Shown here: positions 32,001-42,109 of the stretch, piece after piece
How the letters are laid out: each line of letters starts with the position of its first letter
Position numbering within the stretch: position 1 is the stretch's first letter
From: Salisapilia sapeloensis CBS 127946
Taxonomy: Eukaryota > Protista > Oomycota
Length of the DNA stretch: 64,000 nt
Assembly (NCBI GenBank): GCA_023334545.1
Contig: JAADVB010000008.1
Span: 96,019-160,018, forward strand
Reading direction: 5' to 3'
The notes under the pieces: model-generated
Told to the model about the DNA's origin: nothing
Seen by the model: only the letters and a program-made list of their open reading frames with translations
The model's database searches: none
Made by a program: the position numbers and the translations under genes

Positions 32001-34708
32001 GGATCATACTCTGTATACCTGTCACCACGTAGGACGTATTTCGTCGGTTCCGAGCTTTCGTCCGTACTGTGTGGACTCTTGGCGTCTGCAACGTCTTGTA
32101 GTATCGATTCTAAACGTTCTAAATGCTTCGTATCACTTGTGCGACTACCGGATGCACCAAACGCTTTGGACGTGATGAAGGTCGTTTGATCAAGTAGTTT
32201 CGAAATACGTTGTGGACGATGCGATAGACGATGCACGACTTCTCGACGCAAGACACAGTCCTCGTTCTGGACGTTCGTGAGAGGGGGCGGGAGGTCGGTG
32301 AGGATCCAGCAGAGTGTTGTCAAGGCATGCTCTAACGTCGCACTCATCTTCTCGTCCGTACGTGCTGGGCGTGATGGAGAGAGGTAGTCAGACAGTCCGA
32401 AACGATCAAAGAACGTCGAAAGGAAGGTACAAGGACGAAGGATAGAAGCGACGACTTGCGTGATGAACAGATCCAAGTCTCTCAAATCAGCGCACCATGG
32501 AGGAGTGACATAGTTCATCGTCTGTCGAGCTAGCGTCTGTCCGTTGCGTATCCACAATCCGCTCTGGACATGGACACTGAGAGCAAGGGAACGGAGGGGG
32601 AACTCTAGTAAACCTAGGATCAGCAATCTCTTTCGCGAATCGTCCATGATCTCTCGTCGACGGAAGGACGTGACACCACTCGCTCCTTTTCCTACTTGAC
32701 CCATGGACGTTAAGAACGTCTCTTTCCAATTGATAATCGGATCGTCCTGGATGTCGTACATGGCCTCCATCAAGTAGGATGCTAGTTGAGTGTGCATTGG
32801 ATAGTGGTACGAGACAGGTTGGGATAAGACGTCGTACTTGACGATGAACAAGTCACGCTGCGAGTGCGACAGGAGACTGATGGGCGGAGCCTGCATCTGC
32901 ATTGCGCCATCAGCCACACCAGACAGTTCCAACTGGTCCCAAAAGCATAGCAAAACGTTCATCACCATTTCCATCCGTTCCTCGTCGCTAGGAAGAGAAT
33001 GTCGTAGAGACCTCGACACGATCGACAGGAGACGACTGACGCAACCATGGAAAGTAAATGCTGTCACCCACTGCCGAGACTCGTACGTCACGTGTGCTCG
33101 GCCTTCCTGCACACGTGTTTGAGGATCCATGCCCTGCATAAATCTCAACGCTTTCATCCACTTGGACAAAAGTTTGGTGTCTAGTAAGAGCTTTCGCGCC
33201 ATTTCTGGAACGTTTAGGACGTAGCCCAAGTTATCAGTTAAAAAGGAATATCGATGGAACTTTAAGAGCATGCGAGAACAGTCTAACATGACTTCTGGAG
33301 TCCATGAATGAGGAGATGCGACGCTGTTGGGTGCCAACGTACGTCCGGTGATCGGACATGCGCTCGTGGGAGACTGGGCGAGGTCGATGGCTGTGTGGAA
33401 GGTATCGAGGAGCGTGTCCAAGAGTCCGAGTGTCGACAGGTGCTGGACAATGGAAGGCGTTGTGAAGATCTGGACGCCGTATTGGAAGAGACTTTCGTCC
33501 ATGGTCCCAACGCCGCAAAAGTATTTGCTCATGAGACGATCGTAGACGTCGTAGAAGGCAATAGAGAATTGGAGCTTGGGTTCCTTTTCAGCCTGCAGCT
33601 TTAAGTAGAGTTGATACAGCTCTTGTACGAGAGGTTTAATGAGGAACGCGTCGGCTAGGAACATGACTTGCAGCGGTTCTTTCGGGCGAGAAGCGGCGTT
33701 CGAAGCGTCGAAGAGTTTAGCACAAAAGCGATGCAAGAGCTCTGAAGATAGACTACATACACGTCGCGTCCATTGAACGGCGCTTAGTGCGACTTGTTCT
33801 TTCCACAAATGATTATCGTCCACGACACAAATGAGCCACTCTTCCTCCTTTAGCTCTTTCATAAACGTCAGAGCCGATCGGAGTGACATGTTCCGAGCAA
33901 CAAGGTCACTTCCGTTCGCGTCGATACTACGCACAAGCTCTTTCGCTGATCCGACGCCTCGTTGGGTTAGCGAAAGGATCAGATCTTCGTCCGAATGCAC
34001 GTCATCGTTGCAGATACGAATGTGATAGCCGCTATTCAACAAAGTTCCGTTTCCTTCTCGATGTGCTCTCGACTGTGCTTTCGTCGCAACTTCCTCCGGA
34101 TCGAATATGGCCGTGGAGCTCTTGGCCATTTCGACCAACCACTTGACAATTTGTTCAAAGATCGTATCTGCTGCAAGTGCAAACTCTCGCGGAAGTGTCT
34201 CTGCTGTCGTATCTACATCTTCTACAGGTAATTCGCCATGGTCTTTACAAAATCCACTCGGGGCCCACGCTTCACTATCGCCACAGTCACAGACGCCACC
34301 AGGCATCGTCCGGTGAAAAAAGATCTCATGGCCTTCATGATTCCCATTCTGATAGCACTTGATACACAACACACACGTTTCATCTACTTGGCACGTCTTG
34401 CAATTGAATGCAATGTCGTTGCGTTGGAACATGTAGCCACAGAGCGGCTTGCGAGTGGACGATGCACTCGTCTGGCGTTCCAAGTACGCCTCGACACTTT
34501 CATCTCTATTATTCGATGCGTGGGCTAGCAAGGCAGTGTCCAATACGTCTCGGATCGTGGTTTCTTTATCCTCGGAAGGTAGCAACCTCGACGCATTCTG
34601 TAGCTCGTGAAAGAGTTTCGGGATTCCCGTCGAGACACACGAGTCGAATGACGTAGATAGCAAGTAGTTTCGTACGGCGTCCACTGACGTCAATCGCGGA
34701 CGGTCCAT
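29054..34708 (-). CDS. UBR1: UBR1/PRT6-type N-recognin E3 ubiquitin ligase (~1880 aa, intronless)
   Basis: UBR box (CGYMF…CKTCQVDETCVLCIKC…HEGH…CDCGDSEAW), ClpS-like NDDVHSDE, RING-H2 (CIIC…CGHAVHLSC…CPLC) and C-terminal CLVCG…HALTCGAGVG…SPYLDKFGEED. Likely ATG at 34708. Confidence 0.95.
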   Translation of the reverse strand: MDRPRLTSVDAVRNYLLSTSFDSCVSTGIPKLFHELQNASRLLPSEDKETTIRDVLDTALLAHASNNRDESVEAYLERQTSASSTRKPLCGYMFQRNDIAFNCKTCQVDETCVLCIKCYQNGNHEGHEIFFHRTMPGGVCDCGDSEAWAPSGFCKDHGELPVEDVDTTAETLPREFALAADTIFEQIVKWLVEMAKSSTAIFDPEEVATKAQSRAHREGNGTLLNSGYHIRICNDDVHSDEDLILSLTQRGVGSAKELVRSIDANGSDLVARNMSLRSALTFMKELKEEEWLICVVDDNHLWKEQVALSAVQWTRRVCSLSSELLHRFCAKLFDASNAASRPKEPLQVMFLADAFLIKPLVQELYQLYLKLQAEKEPKLQFSIAFYDVYDRLMSKYFCGVGTMDESLFQYGVQIFTTPSIVQHLSTLGLLDTLLDTFHTAIDLAQSPTSACPITGRTLAPNSVASPHSWTPEVMLDCSRMLLKFHRYSFLTDNLGYVLNVPEMARKLLLDTKLLSKWMKALRFMQGMDPQTRVQEGRAHVTYESRQWVTAFTFHGCVSRLLSIVSRSLRHSLPSDEERMEMVMNVLLCFWDQLELSGVADGAMQMQAPPISLLSHSQRDLFIVKYDVLSQPVSYHYPMHTQLASYLMEAMYDIQDDPIINWKETFLTSMGQVGKGASGVTSFRRREIMDDSRKRLLILGLLEFPLRSLALSVHVQSGLWIRNGQTLARQTMNYVTPPWCADLRDLDLFITQVVASILRPCTFLSTFFDRFGLSDYLSPSRPARTDEKMSATLEHALTTLCWILTDLPPPLTNVQNEDCVLRREVVHRLSHRPQRISKLLDQTTFITSKAFGASGSRTSDTKHLERLESILQDVADAKSPHSTDESSEPTKYVLRGDRYTEYDPNYFHLSRSEHEKAQTNRQEALLKNWRVGHAPVPSISTLPPVHPAFTSVRDLASDKGLIGVLRLVLERAMDNSAGVANAVVHLLHVTVLSSSVSHVIEYMASGKEAFEEPDESRCAKRAKTSAPSEGHELHVADQSIIGLLVQYVKQLEEEFEASKSTVAAIYWLLQSLNEHPSVASYLHTHLNASNTQESTVESKDERRKKAQERALKAMSMRQQAFSMATSFEDMEEEEEDMEEDADGVVYRPPPPPDCIICAQKKRDEAVMYIGHAQQSLTRTHVFQKVVEEPSDIPFPPPTVLSMCGHAVHLSCWKTYFASVRSQPRAQMEQAQLNVAFDAHFEEFLCPLCQALSSVLVPHVPTSSALTYDERNANRSALEDVFATKQDATRILSWLQDELPQKMSNLNVNGEKKPVVQFATSVLDAYIRFRPNLMTPTAARHAVRRMHESFRGSEAQLMHVVWNCVSETVKSTQLAGISSALLSLEGALSENKATSMSSLHISALLNPLTPPLENRLGVELPEALESQMDGGSAKDDAKLSCVLRALRQLPLLFSDSEGFQEAVASPLVSALQLQSDEKTFADSLKRGAPLAVSAPLLSMDLTYLAVLLCGTVLTAKADMLQTLRSLCVLHMAQTLLQVARTPPEEEEGEEEDDSALFELMRKLVGSTQLEDWTPPRGKQLRCMFESSCLAFMREMTLLCRACFRAEQDPDASWSANFVQSLRLTTKYDDMAEQLGVPSVEQVLSNADMLNYLLMAASQLRTHRLAAVEDQARVSYEEKGDAEALLTAMAKTTTVDNEVLECNWKVMPPLPLRRMRGDSMTNDSDDPTLRYAFTSVRLVSLASLYTDLHSDILGKSKCRQTWNIVENPAICLVCGQVLCAGSDCCRRQNGMGACTYHALTCGAGVGMFFLMRVSSVLLVYGPRSSYFGSPYLDKFGEEDINLRRGRPLFLSAQRMKALQTLYATHQVANEVSRKRRTSDQFIRNNYY

Positions 34709-35071
34709 GGAGAAGATGGCAAGTCGACGCTCCGTTTCTTTGCCCACTTGGCGTGAAATGATAGTGTCTGGGACGTTGTATATTATTTTTCTCAACTTGC
34801 ACTTCTCGTGGCAGCATACTTTCTTCCAGTCAAACGGATGTCAAGGCAAGGATAAATTGCTGGTCTCGGTCGAAAAATACGAAAATATCAGGATCCGCTT
34901 GACTAGCTTTTGTATGTTTACCATGAAGGTCGTAACATTCCCATTCTTCTCTATGCATCTGGAAGTGAAGATATACCTCTATACACTGCTTCGACGTGCT
35001 CTTGATCGTAATGTATCGAGCATCCTGATCAATGGTCTCAACTGTGATTAGCTGAAATGCTGCATTAACGA

Positions 35072-35082
35072 CCAATCGCAGC
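35072..35082 (+). promoter_or_regulatory. CCAAT-containing element in the UBR1/TAF2 divergent promoter
   Basis: CCAATCGCAGC lies 108 nt upstream of the TAF2 ATG. The identical 11-mer occurs at 47395-47405. Confidence 0.4.
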
Positions 35083-35189
35083 ACTCTTCCTACACCTTCC
35101 GTTTTCAGTCCGATTGCTACGGTGCTTTATTCATCCTCGCTACGTCCTATCTCTAGCCTCGCCATTGTATATTCACTACACTTGTCAAG

Positions 35190-38100
35190 ATGAAGAACTT
35201 TGAGTACCTACAAGAACGTGTGTGGCTTGACATCGACGTCATGAAGAAGCATGTGGATGGCAGAGCAGAAGTCTTTTTAGCTCCGCAAGACCTCGATGCT
35301 CTCCCGGATAGCCTTCGTCTGCACGCTCGGCAGTTAAAAGTCAAGTCCGTAAGTGTGAACGGGGTCAATGCTACGTTTGAGCAATTAGACTTTTTAGACG
35401 AGATTATAGATGAAGAGTATCGAGATCTCGCTGCCTTTGATCTCTTCTATCGTGGAGCGATCGTTGCTAGTAAGGAGGGCGAGCTCATCATTTACATTCC
35501 TTCTAGTGTACAGCTAGAGAGCAGTGATCAGCAGGATAATCAGGAGGATACCAGGCAGCTAGAAGACCAGGAAATTGTCGAACAGGAGACAGCAGCAACA
35601 GAGTGGGGCTCGGAGAAGGCACCAAAGAGTACAACAGGTTTCAAGCCTCTGCATATTATCATCGAGTACGAAATTCAAGATCCTACGTGTGGTCTACGCT
35701 TCGTATTGCCGGATCCAGACTACACACCAAATCGCCTTCCGCACATGTACACGTACTGGGGTCCCTTTGGTGGTCTCTGCGACGGTGCTCGTACCTGGAT
35801 GCCGTGTCGAGACACGTTGCGTGAATTCTCCAACTTTCGTCTTGAACTCACCGTTCCGTCCTGGTGTGTCGCGGTTGCGAGTGGTGAACTAGTGGATCAA
35901 ATGGTTGACACGGAGACAGAAAAGCGTACTCTTCGTTTCGTTCTTCCTTGTAAAACTAATAGCGCCAACGTCGGATTTGCCGTCGGTCCGTTTGCAAAGC
36001 ATACACCGTCTGATACGCCCCGCATGAGCCACTTTTCGCTTCCGGAGGGCAGTCAGGATTTGGAATTCGCTACTTCCAAGCTCCCGTCGTCTCTCCATTT
36101 CTTTGAAAAGTACCTGCAGTCGACATATCCATATCATGCCTACAGCCAAGTGTTCGTGGAGGATCCTCCGGATGAAATCCAGAGCTTTGCCGGTCTTTCG
36201 ATTCTAGATCAAAACTTACTGCACAGTCCTCGTATCATCGATCGAGAGCTACCGTCGCATCTGGCACAAGCGAAGGCATTTGTCGGGTCCTGGATCTCGG
36301 CAGCTGTCGGTATTCAAACCACGAAAGACGCGTGGGTGCTGCTGGGACTTACGGGACATCTCGTCAATGCGTATGTTAGATCTATGGATGGCGAGGAAGA
36401 GCACGGGTACCGCATCCAACTGGCTCTAGACGCACTCACAACGATGGAGCTGGTTGTGGATGAAAACGCTTCGCCAGCGCTACTTAGTAGCGAAGTAGAT
36501 GTGTATGCCGAGTACGATCCTACGAGCTTAAGCTTCTTAGAGGTAAAAGCGCCGTTGGTGCTGCACATGATCGAGCAACGTGTGGGTGAAAAATATCTTC
36601 GGCTGGCAATCCAACGCGTGGTTGCGGGAGATCAAGGAGATGCAGAGGACAGTGGCAAGTCGGAGACACAAAAGGACGATCGACCGTTGGAGGAGAAGAC
36701 GCTGCAAGAAGAGAAAAAGGACGAGAGTACTGAAAACGATGCGAATGCACAGTCTCGTGCTCAGAAAGTAAAAGCTTCGTGGGTAGCGGAACCTCTCTCT
36801 ACACTAAACTTTTTAAAAACAGTGAAAGCTGTGGCAGGTGCATCTGGCCAGGACCTGACCAAGTCGTTCTTAAGTTCCTGGATTCTAGATGCAGGTATGC
36901 CGTTCTTCACCGTCGGATACTGGTACAATCGAAAGCAGAATCAAGCAGAAGTCGTGATCCAACAAGAGATTCCGCCTGGAGGAAAGTTGTACACTGGTCC
37001 GATCAACCTCACGATCGTCGAAGAGACGAGCGAGTATCCGTATCAGCAACGTATTGAGCATCGACGACACAAGTGGGACTTTCCATGTCATACCAAAGTA
37101 CGGAAGAGTAAGCGACGTCGACAGGATCTAGATGCACCGGACGAGTCGGTGCAAATCAACGGACGTCCTGGTATGGGTTTAAACGACACGCCAGTGTTCT
37201 GGGTCAAGCTTGATCCAGGCGTTGGGTGGCTACGACACGTCGTGCTGCACCAGCCGGACTTTAACTGGATCGAGCAGCTGCTGTCAGATAAGCAAGTGGG
37301 CTCAAGAGTGCATGCCGCAAGAGCCCTTGCGCTCTTCCATCGTCCGCATGAAAAGCCGAATGTCGTGAGCTGTCGCGTGCTAACTGAGTGTATGAGTGGC
37401 TTGACGACCCACTCTCGTCGTCTACGTGCCGAAGCGACCATGGCACTGGGTGTTTGGCAGAGCATCCACGCTCCATTGACGAATGCTAATACGAGTCTCC
37501 CGATCTGGAAAGCTTTACATAATCTCTTCCGGATCTTCAAAGAGCATTTCTTTGATACAAATACGGACATGCCGCTGCCGAACTACTTTGTCCCGTCCGG
37601 TGGTAAGGTTGTGCTAGAGAGCTTAGGTGCACAACAAGCGTCGATTAGTAGTAAGCAGATCCAAGTGCAGGACTATGCTGCTGGTGAGTATGAGATAAAG
37701 AAAGCTGTGCCACGGGCGTTGGCACTTATTCGAGCGCAGAATGGACAGACGCCAGGAGAAGTAGAGCCGTTCTTGCTTCAATTGCTGCGCGAGAATGATA
37801 ACTCGAAGAATTATGTCGAGATGGATGATCAGTCGCAAGTAGCGGATGATTGTTATTACATTGGTACGATTGTCATTGCGATATCGACTTTAAAGCTTGA
37901 TCGATCGTCGCTTGTGGCAGAAGACAGTGACGTTGTCGATGAGATGCTCAGGTACTTGCATTACGACCAGGTGAAGCCGAGTTTCCGACAGACCACGAGT
38001 GTCTGTTGTCTCGAAGCGCTGTGTAACCTCATGATCGAAGGTCGGTGCAGCCTTGATGTCGTCGACTTTTTCGAGTACGCTCGTCCGAATCACCTGAGCA

Positions 38101-38864
38101 TCGTACGGAAGGTTGCGATCGAAAGCATCATTCGCTTGTTCTTTGCGGAAGACCCGAAGACTGGTGCTGAGCAAGACTCGAGTCAAGTGTATGGACCTGC
38201 AGCAGGTCTCATGTGGGCCATCGACCTCATTCGAACGGAGAACTCACCAGGTATCCGTCTCTTTACCGTCCAGTGCTGTCTCAACTGCATACGTGGCTTT
38301 CCCCCGAGCGTTGCGACGCAAGTGCTGGCGACATGGGAACATAGTTACACTTTATTACTACGCACGGAGATCCAACGCAAGGAGCCGACAACCTTCTTGT
38401 TGAACAGTCCAGATGCGTCGAAAGTTCGAGATATGTTCCACGCACCAGACCTGTCGGTACTGCGTGAAGACACGAGAGCTGCGAGACATTTGGTGGAGAA
38501 GATGTGGAAGCTGTTAAATAGGCAGACAGCGACGGACCAACGCCTTCGAGTCGCCTTGGTCGTCTTGTATCGAAAGGTGTGGGGAGATGAAACACCGCTG
38601 GCGGTCGGACATACCGTTGCAGAGAAGAGTGGGAATTGGGCGGGCGGATATGAGAACCTGCGTATCATGATGGAAGAGAACAAAGCGAGATCGAAATCTG
38701 GTGTCACCTATGGACGAAAGAGGGCAGCATCTCCTTCACCTACGAGATCTCCGACAGGGTCTCCTAGAGAAGCAAACACAGATGCAGCGTTGGAGCAGTT
38801 CCGAGGCAAGAAGTTTAAGATCAAGATGGGCGAGACACTCTTCCGGTCGTATCAGATGCAGTAG
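35190..38864 (+). CDS. TAF2: TFIID subunit 2 (M1 aminopeptidase-like fold), 1224 aa
   Basis: LRLHARQLKVKSVSVNG, GARTWMPCRD, VAVASGEL, FAVGPF, YLEVKAPLVLHMIEQRVG-like motif (FLEVKAPLVLHMIEQRVG), FWVKLDP…QPDFNWIEQL. No HEXXH, as expected for TAF2. Confidence 0.92.
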   Translation: MKNFEYLQERVWLDIDVMKKHVDGRAEVFLAPQDLDALPDSLRLHARQLKVKSVSVNGVNATFEQLDFLDEIIDEEYRDLAAFDLFYRGAIVASKEGELIIYIPSSVQLESSDQQDNQEDTRQLEDQEIVEQETAATEWGSEKAPKSTTGFKPLHIIIEYEIQDPTCGLRFVLPDPDYTPNRLPHMYTYWGPFGGLCDGARTWMPCRDTLREFSNFRLELTVPSWCVAVASGELVDQMVDTETEKRTLRFVLPCKTNSANVGFAVGPFAKHTPSDTPRMSHFSLPEGSQDLEFATSKLPSSLHFFEKYLQSTYPYHAYSQVFVEDPPDEIQSFAGLSILDQNLLHSPRIIDRELPSHLAQAKAFVGSWISAAVGIQTTKDAWVLLGLTGHLVNAYVRSMDGEEEHGYRIQLALDALTTMELVVDENASPALLSSEVDVYAEYDPTSLSFLEVKAPLVLHMIEQRVGEKYLRLAIQRVVAGDQGDAEDSGKSETQKDDRPLEEKTLQEEKKDESTENDANAQSRAQKVKASWVAEPLSTLNFLKTVKAVAGASGQDLTKSFLSSWILDAGMPFFTVGYWYNRKQNQAEVVIQQEIPPGGKLYTGPINLTIVEETSEYPYQQRIEHRRHKWDFPCHTKVRKSKRRRQDLDAPDESVQINGRPGMGLNDTPVFWVKLDPGVGWLRHVVLHQPDFNWIEQLLSDKQVGSRVHAARALALFHRPHEKPNVVSCRVLTECMSGLTTHSRRLRAEATMALGVWQSIHAPLTNANTSLPIWKALHNLFRIFKEHFFDTNTDMPLPNYFVPSGGKVVLESLGAQQASISSKQIQVQDYAAGEYEIKKAVPRALALIRAQNGQTPGEVEPFLLQLLRENDNSKNYVEMDDQSQVADDCYYIGTIVIAISTLKLDRSSLVAEDSDVVDEMLRYLHYDQVKPSFRQTTSVCCLEALCNLMIEGRCSLDVVDFFEYARPNHLSIVRKVAIESIIRLFFAEDPKTGAEQDSSQVYGPAAGLMWAIDLIRTENSPGIRLFTVQCCLNCIRGFPPSVATQVLATWEHSYTLLLRTEIQRKEPTTFLLNSPDASKVRDMFHAPDLSVLREDTRAARHLVEKMWKLLNRQTATDQRLRVALVVLYRKVWGDETPLAVGHTVAEKSGNWAGGYENLRIMMEENKARSKSGVTYGRKRAASPSPTRSPTGSPREANTDAALEQFRGKKFKIKMGETLFRSYQMQ

Positions 38865-39433
38865 TGTAGCAATGGACAAAGTGAGCTTGTCTGCCGTGTA
38901 GGGTGATGCTATCTATAGTCTAGACCGAATACAAGTTTGTGCTTGTAGCAATGACTCTCTCTTTCCGTCCATTCCATAATTCACTTGACAACTGTTATAT
39001 TACTGAGTGACGGCTAGTAGCTACGTCTCGATGGTCCCTACTGCCCAGACAAAGCGTTGACACAATTACCGCCAAATGTCCATAAGACAAGCAAATTCAT
39101 GTAAATAACATTATCGTAGAATACTCGAAGGGGCGTGGACAAGATAGAAACCGAAGCAATCCGGGGCTATTCATAGGCTTTGACTAGCTATCCCTTTCTC
39201 TCCTAGTGTCCTTTGGTAATAGTAGGCTGTTGGTGTTGAAGATAGACGATCGACTTGGGTTGGTGGGTGTCCGTTACAATTCGATCCTGACACAGAGATA
39301 AAACTATTCGCTTTGTTATGAAGGATATGACGGAGATCCCTATTTAAAGGCAGATCTGAGCTGTTCTATATCCATCCGGCAGTAGGGGACACTTTAGGAA
39401 TTGACCTCCATTTCCGAATTTACTTCTTGCGTC

Positions 39434-40360
39434 ATGAGTAAGCTCCAACCATTCTCGACACTCCCATCCAATATTTTGGGCAGACTTCCCTCCTGTCTGC
39501 GAGGCAATGAGATCCTGAATTTGTCTCAAACACACCGCCATGCCATGACGCTTTTCTTTGAAAAGCGTTACTGGATGCATACTCTGCGAGATGCTGAGCT
39601 TGCAGGTCATGATTCTCCTCAAGTAGCATATGCAAAGCGACGATCATTTTATCTTGATGGCGATAGTGGTGATCACGGAAGCGCAATTGAAGTAACCTCA
39701 TTTGATGATCAAGCTGTGCTTCTCGACAAAGACAGTGGTTTTTCATTTGACCTGTGGTTTCGCTTACCCAAAGTATCTCCAGGAGCCGACGCTGTACTTC
39801 TTGGCGCACAATCACACCCGTTCACTAACGTTTCTTGGCCTTCGCTGCGACAACCGTTTGCTCGCATCGACAAGAACAACTTCTTGTATTGTGGTGTATT
39901 AGATCCAGGTCTCGGTCCCTTGAACATCATTTCTCGTCTGCAGCCTGATAAGTGGTATCACTTGGCTTTAACTTATGAAAGCCACCAACAAAATGTCTAC
40001 CTCAATGGAATTCATCTTGGTCACAGTGCTGGTCCACTCCGGAACGAATGGGGCGAACAGAACCACATCCAACTGGGCAATGGCTGCTTTCAACGCAATG
40101 CTCCGATGTGCAACATCTTTGGTACCGGGCCGCCAGTGAAAAGACTTAACGATTGGCATGGCTTTACAGGATACATCGATGATTTTCGCATTTGGGATCA
40201 AGCACTAACTAAACACCAAGTGGATGCATTGTGGAGAGGTCGAGATGACATTGCTGGGTTGACTCCGCAATACCATCTACTGCAGCAGCAGGGTAAGGCA
40301 AATATGCACCAAGTGTCTAAAGTCAAATGCGTTCGTCCACTAGATGATGCACTCTACTGA
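39434..40360 (+). CDS. F-box-like N-terminus + concanavalin A/laminin-G-like domain protein
   Basis: ATG at 39434. FSTLPSNILGRLPSCL resembles an F-box start. GFSFDLWF, WYHLALTY…QNVYLNG, IQLGNG and FTGYIDDFRIWDQALT are LamG/ConA motifs. Confidence 0.7.
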   Translation: MSKLQPFSTLPSNILGRLPSCLRGNEILNLSQTHRHAMTLFFEKRYWMHTLRDAELAGHDSPQVAYAKRRSFYLDGDSGDHGSAIEVTSFDDQAVLLDKDSGFSFDLWFRLPKVSPGADAVLLGAQSHPFTNVSWPSLRQPFARIDKNNFLYCGVLDPGLGPLNIISRLQPDKWYHLALTYESHQQNVYLNGIHLGHSAGPLRNEWGEQNHIQLGNGCFQRNAPMCNIFGTGPPVKRLNDWHGFTGYIDDFRIWDQALTKHQVDALWRGRDDIAGLTPQYHLLQQQGKANMHQVSKVKCVRPLDDALY

Positions 40361-42109
40361 CATCATTTGCCGCCCAAGCTCTATATGAATATATCGATTT
40401 ATTGCAATAAGATCATGGTGCTCAAGGCAATCCTTTATAAGTCGGCTGCATATAGATGTATTTTGTTCAATAAGCTAACGGTAACTTGGATCTACCTAGG
40501 TTATGATGAATTGCTATCAACTACGTTCTGCAATAAATTAGCTCGTTGGTTAACTTTTTGGCGTATATTCTTTCTAGACTTTTGCCACATTTGACGGCTC
40601 AGCTTCTCAAGCCCTCGCGATGAAAGGTTGTAGACCTCCCCTTCATAGCAGCCAGTAGGGCTTGCTTGACAGAAATATTTGATATCTATCTTTATAATCC
40701 GTCATGTCATCGGACCCTTGATGCTGAGCTGTAGGTACACTTTTATCATCATCAGCGTATAAATGACATGAAGCACGATCACTCTCATCGATAACGGGTT
40801 TTCGATGCATCTTGTTAGCCTTTTCATGTCAGTCTAGAATTTCATGTGAAGCTTCCTAGAAACAAGCTACCAATTTCGGCGCTACAGTGCTGTTTAGTTT
40901 ATAATCAGACATGCCAAACAGTTTATCAAGATCCTGTCAGTGGTCTTTCGCACGAACTGGTGAGTCAGTGTTCCTTCAGCAACTCAAGCTGCACCCATTT
41001 GTAGATCGTAGCTAGGAATCACGACCTACATTTCGTTTTTGTATAGCACTCACGACTACATCTTTTTCGTCGAAGCTACTTGACTTTCCCCTGGTATCTA
41101 ATGCGTGCAATGCAGTTTGTCATGCAATTTATCTCTGACGGCATCGATGTTGGTAGCTGCAGGGTAGGTAGATCAAATCAAATGGAATGCAAGAATTTCA
41201 TCAAAACTAATACCTCTACGGCTATAACTAGTCCGTGGGAGAAAGTTAAGGCGTTCATATCTTTGCTGCCATCATGAATGGCCGGAAGATTCACGAGTTA
41301 GCGATTTCTATGGTTATTACGGTGCTGATAATCATCGGAAATGAAATCGTCAAATGATGATGATTCGGTAGCCCTCTAGCTCGACATGACGATATGTAGG
41401 AGCTAGGGATCAGGTAGGTGGATTTCGTTACTATCTCATTTCAGTAGTCCTAAAACGCCCAAGCGAGTTCTCCGCTAAAAGCCGAGGTTGGTTGTATCAT
41501 GAATGGAGAAGTGCATTAGTATGTTTCCCTCGATCAAGTTCCCTCGGCTTACGCAAACTGTTTCGTTGCTTTATGTATGTGTGTCACCTCGAAATGAAAA
41601 GAAAAGATAAATGATCGCCTAAAGCTTCAAAAGCATGTGCCTCGTACGTACATCGCTCGTCCTTGACGATCGAAACGACGTTTTCATTAGTTTCGACTTT
41701 GTCAGCCAGTATCGCCCTTTGCAGGAGGACTAGCATGCACTTGAAACGATGTAGTTTGCAGTTCGTCTTTCCCGGGAGCACGTATGGTGTAAAACAATAG
41801 ACCTACTTCTGTCATCCCCATGAGTATCTTTTTCCTTCCTGTAGTGGCGTGGGATCCAAATCAACACGCAAGCGAGCTGGTGGAATCAGACGGCTTTTAC
41901 GGGAAAAATATAGATACTTCTCATACATTTTCGCATCACACGCATGGGACCATTTGCCGTACGAAACCGTATAGGACAGTCGATACTGATCGTGCCGACT
42001 CGACTTACAGCAACCGACGCACTAATTCCTACGATCATCTGTTTGCCGCATCTCCCTAGTCAACGGTGACATTTGTGTCGAGGAAAGACGTGCCTCGCCA
42101 TTACCAAAA

